Positions 1 through 13,185 of a DNA stretch of 64,000 bases are shown one piece after another (position 1 is the stretch's first letter; the number at the start of each line of letters is the position of its first letter). The stretch is from Octopus vulgaris (Eukaryota): assembly GCA_951406725.2 (NCBI GenBank), contig OX597817.1:163494001-163558000 (forward strand), in the 5' to 3' direction. Below the pieces are notes generated by a model. The model was not told the origin of the DNA, did not search any database, and saw only the letters and a program-made list of their open reading frames with translations. A program made the position numbers and the translations under genes.

Positions 1-356
1 AAAACTGTGTTTGAGTGATGTGCAGACATTCTTTTTACTGAGTGAGATACAGAATTATTCACAGAAAATAGGGAGGTATTATTATTAATATTATTATTAT
101 TATTAAATAATAGTTTTTTTTTTCTTTTCTTTTCTTTTCTTTTCTTTCTTTTTTTTTTTTACCGAACACGTTCCTTTTTTTTTGTTGATGTTGTTGTTGT
201 TGTTGTTTTTTTTTAACGAAGAAGTTACACAGTGGCGTTTCCTCGCGAATTTTTTTCACTTTTGTTAGTGATGGCGGTGATTAAATTTCAAGTAATAACA
301 ACACAACAACAATAACTGTTCAAATCTCTTTAAAAATAAACGACTCTTCAGTAGTC

Positions 357-411
<55 letters not shown>

Positions 412-1058
412 TTGTAGCTCTTGTTGTTATTTAGGATTTTGTTGTAGGTGTTGTTTGTTATTGCCGTTTGCTGCTGCTAGAGTTGTGTTGTGCATTAGTT
501 TTCTTCCGTGATACCTCCGTTTCTCATTGAACAATTTAGTCTTGAATTTCCTTATAGTAAAATATACGTCGAAATGTTCCTTGGTCACTTTGAATTTAAC
601 ACCAAATATACCGAAATAATCACCGTTTTCTCAATAAATGAATGAAGCTCCGCGCGTCTAAGTGTCGTGTAAGCAGTACAATAAATATGAACACACGTGT
701 AAAATATCTAAATAATATGTAAATAATATGTGTATATATATTGCACTACTTTTTGTGTGTGTTTGGAAGAAAAAGGATCAGCGTTAGGTATGTTAAAGTT
801 GGTGCATGTAATAAAATGGTAGATAAAATAATAACAGTAATGAAAAGACAACACTACAAAAGCTGTGTTTGATGTGAAAAGCGGCGGCTACCTCGCTAGT
901 TTCAGCTATAGATTGAGAGAAACTAGCAGTAACGAATAGATTACGACGAAAGAAGGCAAAACGAAAACATAATATGCAATAATCAGTGCCTGCTGGAACG
1001 GTTGTGCGCGTGTGTGGATGAGAATGAAGCTAGATACAGAGGGGAGTAGAAAGAGGAG

Positions 1059-1108
<50 letters not shown>

Positions 1109-1466
1109 ATGAGAGGGTGTTACACAGGGTGGGAGAAAGAGGAGAAATGGAGAGAGGAGGAGGAGGAGGAAGTGAGAGAAATAGAGTTACAGAGTGAGGG
1201 AGAGAGAGAGAGAGAAAGAGGAGTGTATTCTTATATACCTACCTATATACATATACATATACATATATATATGTATATGTTTGTATACACACACACATAT
1301 AAACATACACACACACATATATATATATATATGTTTAATGTTGAGTATCGGAAGAGTACTCGATACCATATTAGAGATGAGTAACATTTTTATTTTGGTT
1401 GAGTGCATTTCAAGCTGCTCCGAGTTCCGCCCGTGGAGTATACAGGGTCTTCAAGCAATCGAGAGT

Positions 1467-1513
<47 letters not shown>

Positions 1514-1575
1514 CAGAGAAAGAGAGTGTGTATGTGTGTGCGTATATGTATATGTCTACATATCTATGCATATGC

Positions 1576-1612
<37 letters not shown>

Positions 1613-1619
1613 TATATAT

Positions 1620-1797
1620 CGTTGGCGATTTTCTTTCCCGTTTTCCCTTCCTTCCCTTCCCTTTCCTTTTCTATGTTTCTAACGAAGAGCTCCGCTCGAA
1701 ACGTTAAATCCTCCTTTCTTTCCTTTCCTTACCGTCAAATAACACTATAACTTGTTCCACGTCCTCGCATTGTTGAGTTTTTATGTTTCGATTAACT
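1620..1797 (+). mobile_element. Short Penelope-like (pLTR-derived) element, family D1, with minimal hammerhead-like motif at 1675-1709
   Basis: Flanked by (AT)n. Homologous to 20508-20704 and 50050-50252. Motif gttt-ctaacga-a-gagc(tcc)gctc-gaaa-cg-tt-aaat. Confidence 0.6.
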
Positions 1798-1838
1798 ATA
1801 TATATATATGTATATATATACATATACGTATGTATATA

Positions 1839-1889
<51 letters not shown>

Positions 1890-1986
1890 ATATGTGAGTA
1901 TATACATATATATATGTACATATATAGACATACATAAATATATACAATCATATATACATACATATATATATATATGTGTGTGTGTG

Positions 1987-2025
<39 letters not shown>

Positions 2026-2209
2026 CTATATAAATACATATATAATATATGTACATATATACACACACACACATATATTAGTGTTGTGAGCGCATATAAG
2101 TGGGTTTTAATCTCTTTGAAAGTCATGTGGACCCATGTGAAATTTCAAGTTCACCTGGTGTAATTTTATATCTATCTATTTATCTATCAATCCATCTCTC
2201 TCTCTCTTT

Positions 2210-2288
<79 letters not shown>

Positions 2289-2289
<1 letters not shown>

Positions 2290-2500
2290 CGGGAGGGTTT
2301 ACGAAAATAAACAAAAGACGAAGGCAGGTGGAGTACAAACAAACAGTGTATTAGTATGGCGCTCAGGAATAGAAATAAAACAAGTATTTTTTTACGTTTC
2401 GAGCCTACGCTCTTCGACAGAAAGATACACAGAAAAGAAACAAGGAGAGAAACAAGGAGAGAAAAAAATTGCGTGTAGGGGCTAACGATCCAACATGGCG
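2289..2500 (-). mobile_element. Short Penelope-like element, family D2, hammerhead-like motif at 2390-2424
   Basis: In (AT)n. Copies at 18933, 23578 and 44966. Minus strand reads cttt-ctgtcga-a-gagc(gtag)gctc-gaaa-cg-ta-aaa. Confidence 0.6.
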
Positions 2501-2548
<48 letters not shown>

Positions 2549-3544
2549 ATATATATATATACATATGTATGTGTTTTTGTGTGTGTGCGCATGTATGTAT
2601 GTGTGTGTATATGTATATACATAAATATACATATGTATGTATGTATTTATAAATATATATATATGTGTGTGTATGTGTGTGGTGTGTGCATGGTGCTTCT
2701 TCATATATTATGTTTGTATGTGTGTGTGTGTAGTTTTAAGTGAATACAAAACTACGTGAGTGGAGGTGAAAGTTTAGAAACAATTACGAAAGTAACATAT
2801 TTGATTTCTTTTATCTAAAATACATAGAAAAATCAAACTGTTTTCTATTTCCATAGATCAGCTGCTAATGTAGGCGTTGTTTAACCCAATGTCATTCATA
2901 ATCAAGCAGATTTCTGACCAAATATGTTCCATCTGCTGCCGTCTGTCATCATTATTTTTAGCAGTAATTCAGTTATTAGTGACTGTATCTCATTCGATAC
3001 CCTGACCCCAATGTTTGTTTTGTCTGTCCTCGTACCGTCCCCTCTTTTTCTCAACCTCATGGCTAATAAAGAAATTGACTGTTCCCCACACATTAATGTT
3101 CACCAAGTGATTAGGGATACCCTCACACAAGGGAGATAACTAAAATGTTCATTTTCTTCACAACTAATGACACTCGTTAAGTTGAGTTTCATGTTGTGTC
3201 GTGCCACAGCACAGGGACGTGACGTCTGAATAGGCAAGGTCCGCTGTAACCGCGTTAACTAAAATTAGAAACGAGAGACTGTGTCCTTACCATAATTAAT
3301 GTTTACATACCAGTGGCCAATAATGTGTTTAATATGTAAATTGTTCCATCCGGTTATGATACATCGCTAAACTTAGAGGCTATTTAAGTAATGTGTTTGT
3401 AGATAGTTGATGTGTTGGATTTACTACTGATGAAAGTGCAATAATTCTTGAAATGTGCATATATGCCTCTTACCTATTTTTTCTATCATCGATTGCTTTG
3501 TTTACATACACATATTCGTTTAGGAAACTTAGTAACTGACATAC

Positions 3545-3700
3545 ACAGAGCAAACACAAAGCACAAGAAAAATAACATCAGAGGACAGATATATTTTAGC
3601 TTTACTACAATGAAAAAGCATTCTAAAGTTTCGGATGTGAGTCCTTCTTCAGAAAGAAAGATATATGGAGGAAATGAGAAAAAGGAATAGTCATTGGTAT
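3545..3700 (-). mobile_element. Diverged D-type element with hammerhead-like motif (about 3620-3656)
   Basis: Minus strand ttt-ctgaaga-a-gga(ctcaca)tcc-gaaa-ct-tt-aga, with an upstream pyrimidine tract as in D1. Confidence 0.4.
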
Positions 3701-4731
3701 TTGTGTATGTGAGCATGTCTGTGCGTGTGTGTGTGTGAGCGAGAGAGCGTGCATAAGAAAGCGTGTGTGAGTGTGTGTGTGTGTGTGTATCTGTGTGTGT
3801 GTATGAGAGAGAGAGAGAGAGAGGGAGAGAGAGAGAGAGAGAGGAAGAGAGAAAGTGAAAGGAGAGTTACATACAAGATGGGGAATATATGCACATCAAC
3901 ACATAAACACAGAATTTTGTATGTAGAATTTTATATTGTCACAATATTTTTTTACATGCTGGTCCCATAGGGATAAAGCCTTTTAGCCGCAAAATTTACG
4001 GTATTAACGCTAGCTATAATGAAACGATATATGCATAAACCTACCAACTAACGAGCTCTGTTGTTTCTTCTAATGTTTATAGCTTGTAAACAAACTAAGT
4101 TTTTATGTCAACATTATTATAAATAAAGCTCTGAAGGGGGATTGTTAATTTAGACACAACCAATAGATGTTAAGTGGATTATTACAGCGTGTATGTCTGT
4201 ATAATTAAAACGTACAGTCTTGCGTTACTTAAGCAGATTGCAGGTGATAATTGTGTCGCTAAAAGCTAACACAGCCAAAGAAAATACATACTCACCATGT
4301 AAATATCGATCGAAAAATTTAAATTTAAATTTTTCTTTATATATTTACCACATATAAAGCAAGCATTACTCTTAAGCGTAATAAAATTGATGAGTTTAAC
4401 CCGCTTCCTGCTGCGTACAATTATTCAACACGACTTCATTGATCTACCATTGATTATAACGTTGATATTTAACGTTGACATCACAACAGCAGCCCACCTA
4501 TTCTCAATAGTTTGGACAATAACGGATTTTCTGAAAGAATTTCCAGAAATGTAATGTCATTTTTTTGACGAACACTCCAGTAAAATTCCTCACACTGTTG
4601 ATGCGTGAACATATACATACGCATACATACGCACACTCTCGCACATACACGAAAACACGCACACACACACAGACATACACACAACAAAACTAGCAGTTTT
4701 TTTTTATTTCAACTATTTGATAACATATAAC

Positions 4732-4975
4732 GAGCATGGCTGTGTGGTTAAAAAGCTCACTTTGCAGCCCTATGGTTTCGGGTTCAGTCCCACTGTGCGG
4801 CATTTTGAACCAATGTCAAGTGAGCAAATTTGGTAGATGTAAACTGTGTGGAAGCCCATCCTATATACACATGCATACATGTATCCTTGCATACTTTAAA
4901 AGATATGTACTAGGTTCGATTTGTTCGACTACACACTTCAAAGTATGGCCGCTGTCCAATGACTAGAGAAAGTGA
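4732..4975 (+). mobile_element. Diverged SINE-B copy
   Basis: tggctgtgtggtt...gggttcagtcccactg head and ggccgctgtccaatgact tail match the intact SINE-B copies. Confidence 0.6.
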
Positions 4976-5015
4976 GTTTTGTATATATATATATGTGTGT
5001 GTGTATATATATATA

Positions 5016-5046
<31 letters not shown>

Positions 5047-5053
5047 GTATGTA

Positions 5054-5176
5054 TTGGCCTGCCCGCTTAGCCTGCGGGGTGACGTCATTTAAAGGCTAAA
5101 ACAATGCGAAGTACATTGTGACCAGCGATGTGTAACAACATCTGATAGCCTGGTCGATCACGGTGATCATGGTGAT
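5054..5176 (+). mobile_element. 5'-truncated SINE-A tail T3 (RTE-like 3' end)
   Basis: Matches the 3' half of 17740-18013. Ends in (cayggtgat)x2 next to (AT)n. Confidence 0.75.
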
Positions 5177-5717
5177 ATATACTGTATAAAGGATGAAAAT
5201 TAATCTCTCTTTAAAAACATTATAATGTAATGTATTGCGGAACTTTCTGATAACGGAACCGTTTCTGCCTGCTTTCGTTCTGTGTTCTATGTTACAGTGT
5301 TACAATTTCCTGCTGGAAATGTAGCCGACACAACAATTTTCTGCTTATCTGAAACCGTTTTATCTCTCTGCCTCCCTCCATTCCTCCTCTCTCTGTCTTT
5401 GTACAGTAGAGATCCATTTCCGCTTATCCGACTCTCTGACCAATTCTAATTCGTGAAAGCAATCTCTTGATTTAACCGAGTATCTCATTTCCCTTTAGCT
5501 ATAAATCCAAGGTCCTTTCTTTATATTTAGACATATTACAACATATTACAACTTATTACGTAGAGTAAGATATATTACGGTAACGATTTAATACAACCAC
5601 GTTGAATCGTCGTTAGCGGTTTGTTTATATAACCGACACGATGTATTAAAAGACGTAAATACATATGGAAATACAGTGTACATTTAATTTCTTTGGCCGC
5701 TGCTTATAGTTTCTGTG

Positions 5718-6101
5718 TGGAGGCGCAATGGCCCAGTGGTTAGGGCAGCGGACTCATGGTCATAGGATCGCGGTTTCGATTCCCAGACCGGGCGTTGTGA
5801 GTGTTTATTGAGCGAAAACACCTAAAGCTCCACGAGGCTCCGGCAGGGGATGGTGGTGATCCCTGCTGTACTCTTTCACCACAACTTTCTCTCACTCTTA
5901 CTTCCTGTTTCTGTTGTACCTGTATTTCAAAGGGCCGGCCTTGTCACTCTCTGTGTCACTCTGAATATCCCCGAGAACTACGTTAAGGGTTCACGTGTCT
6001 GTGGAGTGCTCAGCCACTTACACGTTAATTTCACGAGCAGGCTGTTCCGTTGATTCGGATCAACCGGAACCCTCGTCATCGTAACCGGCGGAGTGCTTCC
6101 C
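5718..6101 (+). mobile_element. tRNA-derived SINE-A, head H1 + tail T1, full length
   Basis: A-box (tggcccagtggtt) and B-box-like (ggtttcgattccc). 12-bp TSD atagtttctgtg at 5706-5717 and 6102-6113. Near-identical copy at 54088. Confidence 0.9.
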
Positions 6102-6384
6102 ATAGTTTCTGTGATCAGTGAATACATTTATTTTGTTGTTAATTTGATTATTATTTGAAGAGCTATGAAGGTTATGTAGTGTTTAGAGATGCAGTGATTT
6201 GAGTCATAATGAGCTGGAAATGTTGGATGAAATAGCAGGTCAAAGATGGGTAGCGCATCGGACGTATCTTCGGGTTATATGCAGTTTGCGTTCCGTAAGT
6301 TCTAAGTTCAAATCTCGTCTTAACTCTTAATCGACTTAACCTTTAATCCTTCTTGTGTTACCAGTTGAGTATTCTAGATCAATT

Positions 6385-6551
6385 ACCGTATTTTAACGTG
6401 TATAAGGAACCCTTTTTTTGTCAAAAATTAGATTTAAAAGATATCGCAGTTTCTTGTACATGGATAGTATTATAATCCCTTACAAAACCCCTTTTTCCAA
6501 ATTTTAAGCCCAAAACGTTAGGGGGTTCCTTATTCACGTTAATATACGGGA
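6385..6551. mobile_element. pogo/Tc1-type MITE
   Basis: Imperfect TIRs taccgtattttaacgtgtataaggaaccc and gggttccttattcacgttaatatacggga. Confidence 0.65.
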
Positions 6552-7328
6552 AATTAAACCACGTCATTTTCATATAAAAATATTTCACGTTTGTGTCTAT
6601 GTTATAAAAAATAATGAAAAACATTACTTAAAATCCTGAAGTCTATTGATTTTTATGTAATTTAAGTCCTCTTAGAATATTCAATTGTATTTTATATTAG
6701 GCTGCACGACTTGTCTTTTGAAGCTGTGATCACTCGGTAAGATTGATACAGTTTGATATTTACAGTTTAAAATTTTGTAACTGCTCAAAGGTGGTATTTT
6801 TGTTAGTCGTGATAAGGAAACATGGAGTTATTGGGCAACGAATTTTTAGAACGAATTTTGCAGCAGATATACAATTGACAGGCATGCGAGTTCGTGTTAG
6901 GTGGCTAGAGAAGCAGTTAGTGAAAATGACCGACATTCTGTAGATGGTGAATGATATGATCCTGAATACACATGTATATCACGGATGTTATCTGAACGGT
7001 ACTTGAATATTGCTCCTAATTATTCTTTGTAAATGGTCATCTGTTGTTCGAAGCTGATGAATGTTCTGAGACACAGTTTGGTGATACCTTTTTGGAAAAG
7101 ATCCTCAGAAATTATAAGGTCTAAGACATAGTGTTGGGAGAAAATCTGGAGGTTTTTCAGTTGTGTGTTGTTCATGATTGATGAGTGTGTTTGCTACACT
7201 TGTGTATAAACAGTGTACTGTTAAATGAAAGTAGTATCTAATCGAAACGTGAAACCTCAGTTGGCTATTTACAAGATTCCTGTTCATAAAGGTTGTGCAT
7301 GGCTAAGAAATTTCGTATGACTAAGGTA

Positions 7329-9232
7329 TCTCATCAAGGAGATATGAAGAGTGGTCTCATTTATATTGGAAGGAATTATGAAAGTAGTGGTAGTAGCAGT
7401 GACTCAAGTAGGGTAGAAAAGGTATGCAAGCCAGTCAGATGAGAGATTTGTTGCGTAAATGCAGAGCTGGAGTCAAAGTAGAGAGTGAATATCATGGCTA
7501 CATCATATAAGTAATACTTACAGAGTCATTTGGATTGAGGACAAGGGTTTCTGTGGTGGATTAAACCATAATCGCCTGCGTGAAGGTAGGAATACCATTG
7601 CGACAAAGAAAAACAGCAAACTAGGAGAATAGGGAATTTGAAAATTGTGCACGAAAACAAAAATCTCCTTTGATTATCCTTAATCAAACATCTCTCTGTT
7701 TATACACAAGTATAGCAAACACACTCATCAATCGTGAACAACACACAACTGGAAAATCTTATCAATGAGATATGAAGAGTGGTCTCATTTATATTGGAAG
7801 GAATAATGAAAGAGCGTGTAGAAGAAAGAAGTTGAGACGTAACCAAATTTTGAAGCACGCTAGTGATGACAGAGGAGGTATCTGAAAAAGCACAATCGAC
7901 AGGTATTGATGTCACCGACAAGAGGTGATTTACTCGAATATTCTCATAGCGTCAAAACCGAGTTTACTTCCATCTTTTCATTCGTCTCATGAGCATGAGA
8001 CTATATGTGTGTGTCCTAAGGCAACACATTTACTATGGAAATAGCCAGACGGAATATGTACTGATCTTCACTAGCGACGGAAAAATCTTCAAGTTATGTA
8101 AGTACGTGAGTGAAAGCAAATAGTTTGCATGATAATAGAATTATCTTATTTGGAAATAGGATCCTCTTGAGCGCGTTATCATTATACTGTACAGATACAC
8201 AGAAACAAAAAGAAATGTTGACGTGTTTGATAAGGATAGCTTTTAGATCAAATGAAAATTTTCTGAGGTGGTTGTTGGAAACCACTTCATTAGAACTAAG
8301 CGAGCGAACAAGTAGTGGTAGTAGCAGTGATTCAAGTAGGGTAGAAAACGTATGCAAGCCAGTCAGATGAGAGATTTGTTACGTAGGAGTCAAAGTAGAG
8401 AGTGAACATCATTGCTACGTCATATAAATAATACTTACAGAGTCATTTGGATTGAGGGACAATGGTTTCCGTTGTGGGTTGAACCTTGGTCGCCTGCGTG
8501 AAGGTAGGAATACCTATTTCTTTACTACCCACAAGAGGCTAAACACAGAGAGGACAAATAAGGACAGACAAACGGATTAAGTCGATTATATCGATCCCAG
8601 TGCGTAACTGGTACTTAATTTATCGACCCCGAAAGGATGACAGGCAAAATCGACCTCGGCGGAATTTGAACTCAGAACGTAACGGCAGACGAAATACGTA
8701 TTTCTTTATTACCCACAAGGGGCTAAACACAGACGGGACAAACAAGGACAGACATAGGTATTAAGTCGATTATATCGACCCCAGTGCGTAACTGGTACTT
8801 AATATATCGACCCCGAAAGGATGACAGGCAAAATCGACCTCGGCGGAATTTGAACTCAGAACGTAACGGCAGACGAAATACGTATTTCTTTATTACCCAC
8901 AAGGGGCTAAACACAGAGGGGACAAACAAGGACAGGCATAGGTATTAAGTCGATTATATCGACCCCAGTGCGTAACTGGTACTTAATTTATCGACCCCGA
9001 AAGGATGACAGGCAAAATCGACCTCGGCGGAATTTGAACTCAGAACGTAACGGCAGACGAAATACGGCTACGCATTTCGCCCGGCGTGCTAACGTTTCTG
9101 CCAGCTCGCCGTCCCTGAAGGTAGGAATACCATTGTGACAAAAAAAAAAAAAAAAAACACTGGGAATTCGAAAATTGCGCACGAAGAAAAAAAAAATCTC
9201 TTTTGCTCACCCTCAAGCAAACATCTCTCAGT
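7329..9232. repeat. Local diverged duplication (7383-7700 vs 8310-9232; 7329-7385 vs 7756-7812), probably within an old decayed TE
   Basis: Direct alignment starting aagtagtggtagtagcagtga. The second copy is interrupted by a SINE-C array. Confidence 0.75.
8515..9115 (-). mobile_element. SINE-C (Nin/Deu-like core, tail C1) head-to-tail trimer with a single head
   Basis: Three units of about 184 bp. 16-bp TSD tgaaggtaggaatacc at 8499-8514 and 9116-9131. Core gcct(t/g)tcatcctttcggggtcgataaattaagtacc resembles the Deu/Nin SINE domain. Confidence 0.9.
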
Positions 9233-9509
9233 TGGTGGTAGAAACTGATTTCCTCAAGATATTTAAGTTAAATATTTCAATGCACAGCCTTAGAGTAACT
9301 ATCTATGAATAGTTTTAAGTTTACCGAGCTATTGGATTTTACTGTGAGTAGGATGTGGAGAGAATAGTCTTTGTCACCTGCTTAACTGTCTTACGTGCAT
9401 TGGTGTAAACCACAATTTTTTGATAAGCAAGGTTGACTTCGAATGGCTGAACTACAATCAATTTGATGATTTGAGAGAAAAGACAGTACGTGGAGTATTA
9501 TATTAACGT

Positions 9510-9830
9510 GAGGGCGCGTGGCTTAGTGGTTAGGGCATTCGGCTCATGATCGTAAGGTTGTGAGTTTGATTCCCGGCGACGCGTTGTGTCCTTGAGCAAG
9601 ACACTTTATTTCACGTTGCTCCAGTCCACTCAGCTGGCAAAAATGAGTTGTACTTGTATTTCAAAGGGCCGGCCTTGTCACTCTCTGTGTCACGCTGATT
9701 ATCCCCGAGAAGTACGTTAAGGGTACACGTGTCTGTGGAATGCTCAGCCATTTGCACGTTAATTTCACGAGCAAGCTGTTCCGTTGATCGTATCAGCTGG
9801 GACCCTCGTCGTCGTAACCGACGGAGTCTT
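9510..9830 (+). mobile_element. SINE-A, head H2 (CORE-like) + tail T1
   Basis: tRNA-like head, ttgtgtccttgagcaagacactt...aaatgagt core, T1 tail shared with 5718. Flanking ttatattaa duplication. Confidence 0.9.
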
Positions 9831-10889
9831 TTTATATTAATGTAGATTCCTTATCGATTGATGGAAAGATTCTATGGAAGCAGAGACTATGACTTGTGAG
9901 GATATCTGCCTTAAGCATTCTGACATATCGAGCTAGAAGCTGCCATAGCTGATGATTAATAGATGTCCAATCAAAAAATGATTTTAATATTTAAAAGGAA
10001 AAACACCTTCGTACGCATATTCAAAAAAGTATACTATGTATGAGTGTACACACACGCGCACACACACACATCGGCACACAAATTGTATCTCTGTGTTAAA
10101 TCCAGCATTTTAATATTTCATTCTAGACGAGGTTTGATAAATAGTATTTAGCACGTCAGTCATAGAAATGATTGACCCAACATCAGTGAGAAGCTGATAA
10201 GAAAATGTAACTCTCTTTAAACATCGATTTCAAATAGCAAAACAGTGACCATGCAATTCAGATATTATTGTCACAGGAAATTGGGTAACGTAGATAACAA
10301 AATCTGTAATCTATGAATGTAATATAAAACAAAAATTCAAATAGTTTTCAGTCTTCTTCTCTCAGCTCCATGATGAAGCAAGGCTGTTATGTATCTGTAC
10401 AACCGATCAATATTCCAGCCACAGAGGGAGCCTCTACGTGGATCGCTTGACCTGCTACATAGGACAGCTAAATAATTCTAAAATTATAACCGCCATCTTT
10501 AAAAAGGAAGTTGAACATATTTAATTTTATTATCCAAATGATATGTCCGAAAGACAGGATGGTCACGGTGTGAATGTCTATCATCAGGGCTGTGTTAGAG
10601 GTAAAGACGAAAAAAAGTAGGAGGAGGAGAAGAAGAAGAAGAAGAAGAAGAAGAAGAAGAAGAAGAAGAAGAAGAAGGACAACAACAACAACAACAGTAA
10701 TAAAAACAACAACAATGATAACAACTATATCAACAATAACAATAATTACGACGACGACAACAACAATAACAGCAACACCAAAAATGAGCCATTTATCGTT
10801 GCAATTTTTAACAGAAAATATCTAAAGTAATACGTTTTACAACTACTGGAGTAGTTCTATAATTTAATAAATAAGCAGAAAGAAATAAT

Positions 10890-11629
10890 CCTTTCTATTA
10901 TAGACACAAGGTCTGAAGTTTTTAGGGGAGGGAAATAGTCGATTACATTGACCCTAGAGTTTCACTGGCACTTAATTTATCAACTCCGAAAGGATGAAAG
11001 GCAAAGTAGACATCGGCAGAATTTTTAACTCAGAACGTAGCGACGAGCGAAATACCTATTTCTTTACTATCCACAAGGGGCTAAAACAAAGAGGACAAAC
11101 AAGGACAGACAAATGGATTAAGTCGATTACATTGACCCTAGAGTTTCACTGGCACTTAATTTATCAACTCCGAAAGGATGAAAGGCAAAGTCGGCCTCGG
11201 TGGAATTTGAACTCAGAACGTAGCGACTGGCGAAATACCTATTTCTTTACTATCCACAAGGGGCTAAACAGAGGGGACAAACAAGGACAGACAAATGGAT
11301 TAAGTCGATTACATTGACCCTAGAGTTTCACTGGCACTTAATTTATCAACTCCGAAAGGATGAAAGGCAAAGTAGACATCGGTAGAATTTTAACTCAGAA
11401 CGTAGCGACGAGCGAAATACCTATTTCTTTACAATCCACAAGGGGGTAAACAGAGGGGACAAACAAGGACAGACAAACGGATTAAGTCGATTATATCGAC
11501 CCCAGTGCGTAACTGGTACTTATTTAATCGACCCCGAAAGGATGAAAGGCAAAGTCTACCTCGGTGGAATTCGAACTCAGAACGTAGCGGCAGACAAAAT
11601 ATCGCTAAGCATTTCGCCCTTTAAACAAA
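10890..11629 (-). mobile_element. SINE-C tetramer: terminal unit with tail C2, three units with tail C1
   Basis: 14-bp TSD cagaaagaaataat at 10876-10889 and 11630-11643. Unit junctions read gaaatacc|tatttc. Confidence 0.88.
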
Positions 11630-11934
11630 CAGAAAGAAATAATAATGTATGTTTTCTTCTATCAATATTGCTTTGAGAAACGTTGCTCGGCAGAGTAACA
11701 CGCTAATACTTTTCATTTGTCTTGGCTATGAAATGTCCATTTGATATGAAACTTTTAAAAGACACCACTTTAGATGTTTACCATTTCTATGGAAATGGTA
11801 ATCACGTCTCATGTATCCAAGGCTATTGAAAAATTCTATGAAAACTGAGTTTTACAATGTAAATATTATGAGTAAATGTGAATGGGATTTAGTTATAAAA
11901 TGAATTACCAAGGAAATCTTTTAGCCTTTGCATT

Positions 11935-12280
11935 TACTTGCTTCAGTCATTGGATTGCAGCCATACTGGGGCACCGCTGTGATGTGCTTAGTTGAACGAA
12001 TCAACTCAGTACTTACTTTTTAAGTATGGTATTTATTTTACCGATGTCTTTTGCCTAACCGTCAGGTTACAGAGATGTAAACAAACCAACACCGGTTGTC
12101 AATCTGTGTCAAGGGAGGGTGACGGACACACATGTAAACGAAGGTCTTCCACAAACTTACCGTCCCCCAAAATTCCACACAAGGCATTGGTCGACCCGGG
12201 CTATAGTAGAAGACACTTGCTCAACAACGTCGCACAGTGGAACTGAACCCGAAACCACGTGGTTGCGAAGCGAGCTCAAC
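11935..12280 (-). mobile_element. Diverged SINE-B
   Basis: Collinear with 16210-16627. Confidence 0.75.
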
Positions 12281-13185
12281 TTATTGTCACAAAGTATTGT
12301 TGTCGTTGTATAGCCCCAGATCAATTTTGATCAATCACACTTCCAGCAGAAGCCAATGATTTGTTGTCCTAGATATATCATATCGACGTATAGCTGAGAA
12401 TTATATCGCTCACACTGAAATTGCATTGACGAATATATGGTGTGTAGTGTGTTAGTCTGGACATAAAAGCTTCATATTTCGTGCAGAGTTACTTATTAAA
12501 TCAGAGGGTTTCATGTGGTTTGACCAACTAATAATTATATTCTCGCATGTATTTGTTTCGTGCGGGGTACATTTTTCAAATTCTATTCTATATATTTCAC
12601 GTAGACTGATGTCACAGCTTTAAATATCCTTTCTACGTTCCGATATATATATATATTTTTACTACACTTGTTGGTTCACGTGGTTGCCCACAGACGTGAT
12701 GTGCAAAATGGATTCGGTAAGAACATGGCAGCTTCGGTTGCTCAGCAAGTATCATTCGAACAAAAGAATTTGAATCACGCGGTGTCATATTTGGTGTGAC
12801 TCCCGAGAAGTACATAAAACTGAAAAGAATATATTAAAAAGCCGAAGACACGAAAAACGAAATCAAATAACAAAGGCAAAACAAAAAAAAAACAAAAAAC
12901 ATGTCGAACATTGCTTTATTTGAAAAAGTTAGGCGTAAGAATAAAAATTATAACTGTCTAGACCATTTGTCTTCCCAATACATCGAATCTATCGATATGG
13001 TCGTTAAACAAATAAACAAATAAAATGAAGCCCAAATTAGCAAATACAAAAAAATCTGAATAGTAAAAATTATCTATAAATGAGCTTATTTCATTTTCAG
13101 ATGGAAACAGAGTGGTTCCTGTTAATAGAGAAGAAAATGAAGCAGACATCCACCGACATTGAAATATATATATTTATGTATGTAT

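Noticed and set aside
5718-5792. tRNA gene calls for SINE heads (also 9510, 13186, 40187, 51811)
   Set aside because: A/B boxes are present, but each head continues into a multi-copy SINE body, often with TSDs, and has no clean cloverleaf or terminator.
8515-11629. CRISPR-like or satellite interpretation of the ~184-bp repeats
   Set aside because: Units are SINE bodies with no unique spacers. The context is eukaryotic and there are no cas genes.
12680-13160. Possible exons with splice-like signals (tttcag at about 13100, gtaag at about 12717)
   Set aside because: No recognisable protein similarity or consistent exon chain.
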